64,000 bases of DNA from Octopus vulgaris (Eukaryota). The DNA is taken from contig OX597832.1 of assembly GCA_951406725.2 (NCBI GenBank), forward strand, positions 3,720,001-3,784,000. Reading direction: 5' to 3'. A model generated the notes under the pieces. That model saw only the letters and a program-made list of their open reading frames with translations. It was not told the origin of the DNA and did no database searches. Positions 61,061 through 64,000 of this stretch are shown one piece after another. How positions within the stretch are numbered: the stretch's first letter is position 1; the number at the start of each line of letters is the position of its first letter. Position numbers and translations under genes: made by a program.

Positions 61061-61423
61061 GTTAGGCCTTCTCATGTAAACTCAAGCTTTCTCATGCCTT
61101 GAACATAAGACCAAAGCAGAGAATGTATTCTTTTATTCTTCTGCTTTTTCCAGCCATTGGTCTGTGGCCATGCTGGGGCAATGCCTTGAAGAATTGTAGT
61201 TTAATGAATCAACTCTAGTTTTATTTTTGTAAGCATTGTACTTATTCTATCTGTTTCCTTTGTCAAACCACTAGGTGACAGGGATGTAAACAAACCAACA
61301 TTCGTTGTCAAGCAGTGGTGGAGGACAATCACAAGCACAGACACGCACACACACACACATACATGCATACACATATACACACATACATACATACATATAT
61401 ATATATATGTGTGTATATATATA

Positions 61424-61643
61424 TTGCAGCGTGGAAGGTGTTTGTAAGCCATTTAAGAAACACACAAAAACCGTTAGATTCACTTCAACATTTAAATTTA
61501 ATTTACCAAAATATTTTCCTCGCTTTGAGACCGCGACCTCAAAGCGACGAAAATATTTTGGCAAATTAAATTTAAATGTTGAAGTGAATCTAACGGTTTT
61601 TGTGTGTTTCTTAAATGGCTTATAAACACCTTCAACGCTGCAA
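61424..61643. repeat. Near-perfect palindrome, 106-bp arms, 8-nt loop
   Basis: 61424-61529 versus 61538-61643, with 4 mismatches by eye. Confidence 0.93.
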
Positions 61644-61801
61644 CTGTTTTCGTTCCAGCACACGATCTCAGATCAAGTCACTTGCTATGCAAGTACATCT
61701 CTGTAACTATATATATATTTATATATATATATGTATATTGGTAAAAACAGTAAGATAACAAAAGAAAGAAAGAGACCTCAATATTATGTAAATAGAGGAA
61801 A

Positions 61802-62196
61802 TCTTTATATATAAAAGTGAGGTTGTGTGTCTGTCTCCTACGATTTAGATTCCTAACTACTCCCACATTTTGCGGTGCAGTTTAACCAAAACCGGGTATC
61901 TTATAGTCGTGATTCATATCGAGCCCGTCTGGGTATTAGCGCGCGTCTACGATGAGTCTACGATTTTAAAAATAATTTAACATTAATTTTTCCCATTTTT
62001 AATCCATTTTTGACATATATAAGGGAAGTAACTCTCTAAAATTTATTATTAAATCTCAGAACGTAAAAAGCTACAGTAACACCCCTCCCCCTTTGTGGTT
62101 AGCCATATTGAGATGGCTATTATACTTTACATCTCTAAAAATGCTTATATAATTATTTCCCTTACAAACCCGAGCAACGCCGGGCGATACTGCTAG
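61802..62196 (+). mobile_element. Complete non-autonomous Helitron
   Basis: A|TC start, subterminal hairpin CCCGAGCAACGCCGGG, CTAG|T end, no target duplication. Confidence 0.85.
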
Positions 62197-62536
62197 TCTA
62201 TGTTAGCTTCAAGAGCTCTTTGTAACTACTCTGTTTTAGCCAGCATAAAGCTAAATTTTGTGGAGTTAGAAGCATATTCATAGTCAATAAACTAAATTTT
62301 TTATCTTTTCTCTTTTACTTGTTTCAGTCAGTAGACTGTAGCCATGCTGGGATGACACCTTGAGGAATTTTTAGTCAAATGAATTGACTTCATTACTTGT
62401 TTTTTTTTTTTTAAGCCTGGTACTTATTCTGCTGGTCACTTTTGCTGAACTGCTAAGTTTCAAGAACATAAACACACCAGCACCAGTTGTCAAATACAAT
62501 TGGCAAATACAGACACACACAAACATATACACATTA

Positions 62537-62914
62537 TCTCTCTATATATAAAGGGCAAAATGTCTGTGTACGTGTCCTTTATACAAATCCACAATTTTTC
62601 AGTTAGCGGGCTCGCACTTTATATGGTCATTTAAAACTATCCAAGGGTGGTCGCGCACATCTTTAAATTTCCCCAGTCACTCCGCAAAGCCATTAAAAAA
62701 TCAACAGAAGTGACTTTTTTGTGAATTTTCTATCCAAAACCCAATCAAAATGTCCGAAACTTGATACGCCAATTGAATGCCAGGTAGCTGTATGTGATTG
62801 GTTGGAGATTTGGACAGTACTCGCATGTATGTGCGCACGCATGCAGCTGTGTGTATGTGTGTGTGTATGTGTGCACTAGCACTATGACCCGGCGTTGCCA
62901 GGTCATAGTGCTAG
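62537..62914 (+). mobile_element. Non-autonomous Helitron inserted in a CORE-type SINE
   Basis: A|TCTCTCTATATATAAA start; ends CCCGGCGTTGCCAGG...CTAG|T. Host SINE halves at about 62305-62520 and 63170-63290 on the minus strand. Confidence 0.78.
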
Positions 62915-62941
62915 TATATATATATACACATAAGTAACTAG

Positions 62942-63114
62942 TATAGTTGTCACTAAAGTGACAGAGAGTGCGATTAAGCCCCAGCATTGCTGGAGCCTGT
63001 CTCCCTAGTCAGCCATTATAAAAGTGCTCTCATGTAGCTAAGAGTTCTTTTGACTCTTATTTCTAGCTATACTGGTACTTACTAGCACTCTCCATCACTT
63101 TAGTGACAACTATA
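62942..63114. mobile_element. MITE with ~30-bp inverted termini
   Basis: TATAGTTGTCACTAAAGTGA..GAGAGTGC / GCACTCTC..TCACTTTAGTGACAACTATA. Confidence 0.78.
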
Positions 63115-63618
63115 TTTGTTGCCTATCGGTTTTAAATTACGAATAGCCACCTTAATATTATATATATATATATGTATAATGGGCTTCTTTCAATTTCCAT
63201 CTACCAAATCCATTCACAAGGCTTTGGTAAGGCCAAAATTATAGTTGAAGACACTTGCCCAACGTCCCATACAGTGGAACTGATCCCAGAGTTGACCCTA
63301 GTATTTAATTTTTTAAGTACTGGTAATTATTCTGTCAGTCTCCTTTTACTAAACAGTTAAGTTACTGAGACATAAACAAACCAACACCAGCAGTCAAGAA
63401 GGGATACACAAACATGCACACACACACACACACACACGTACACACACACGTATGCATATTTATACATACATACATATGTGTTAGGAAGGGCATCCAGCTG
63501 TAAAAACCATACCAAATCAGACAGGAGTCTCATGCAGCCCCTCAGTTCACCAGCTCTGGTCAAAGCACCCAACCCATGGACAACAGAAGTTAAATGATGA
63601 TGATGATAATGATACACT

Positions 63619-63674
<56 letters not shown>

Positions 63675-64000
63675 TACATATAAACATGACAAGCTTCTGT
63701 CAGTTTCTGTCTACCAAATCCATTCACAAGGCTTCGGTTGGCTCAGGGCTATAGTAGAAAATGTTTGTCCAAGGTGCCACACTTGCATGTACTGTAGGGT
63801 ATTGTGAAAACACTCCTGAGTATTTCCCAAGAGATTTTGCATTTGACAATATCATCAGAAGGTCAATCCTCTGCAAGGTAGATTCAATGTTATATAAACC
63901 AACAAAATACAAAGAACTCATTGATTATTTTTAATATCTCATATCCTCTCTGTTTTAATCTGGTACCCATTGGCTTTCTTTTCATGTCTTGTGAACATCC

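Noticed and set aside
1678-63617. Dozens of short ORFs with YIYI, MYVC, HTHT, poly-Y or poly-S runs
   Set aside because: They are translations of (TA)n, (TACA)n, (CA)n, (TAT)n and (AGT)n microsatellites or of SINE sequence, with no coding signal.
52283-64000. Next convertase exon (LTWRD-type motif)
   Set aside because: Not found by eye; it presumably lies beyond the window.

Overview
AT-rich, repeat-dense animal genomic DNA, most likely an octopus or other coleoid cephalopod, inferred from the tRNA-derived SINE families and microsatellite load. The only host gene I can support is a + strand kexin/furin-family proprotein convertase. Six catalytic-domain exons (11826-52282) have furin-like intron positions and phases and an intact D/H/N/S catalytic set, but unusual substrate-pocket residues. 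Its 5' and 3' exons lie outside the window. The rest is intronic and filled with mobile elements: Tc1 and mariner transposons, an almost intact RTE LINE, and a full-length L1/Tx1 LINE nested in a solo LTR nested in a 15-bp minisatellite. There are also two ORF1-only (HAL1-like) Tx1 derivatives, R4/Dong-type LINEs in (TAA)n, Penelope-like remnants, Helitrons, MITEs, a Ginger/GIN-like integrase relic and many SINEs. The most notable patterns are: (i) a shared hairpin+AATAAAGAAAT 3' end linking the Tx1 LINE, the ORF1-only elements and one SINE subfamily, with recurrent insertion into the tRNA-like heads of SINEs; (ii) several hammerhead-ribozyme motifs; (iii) long, near-perfect palindromes; (iv) an orphan 18S rRNA fragment. 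All calls were made by eye, with no database searches.
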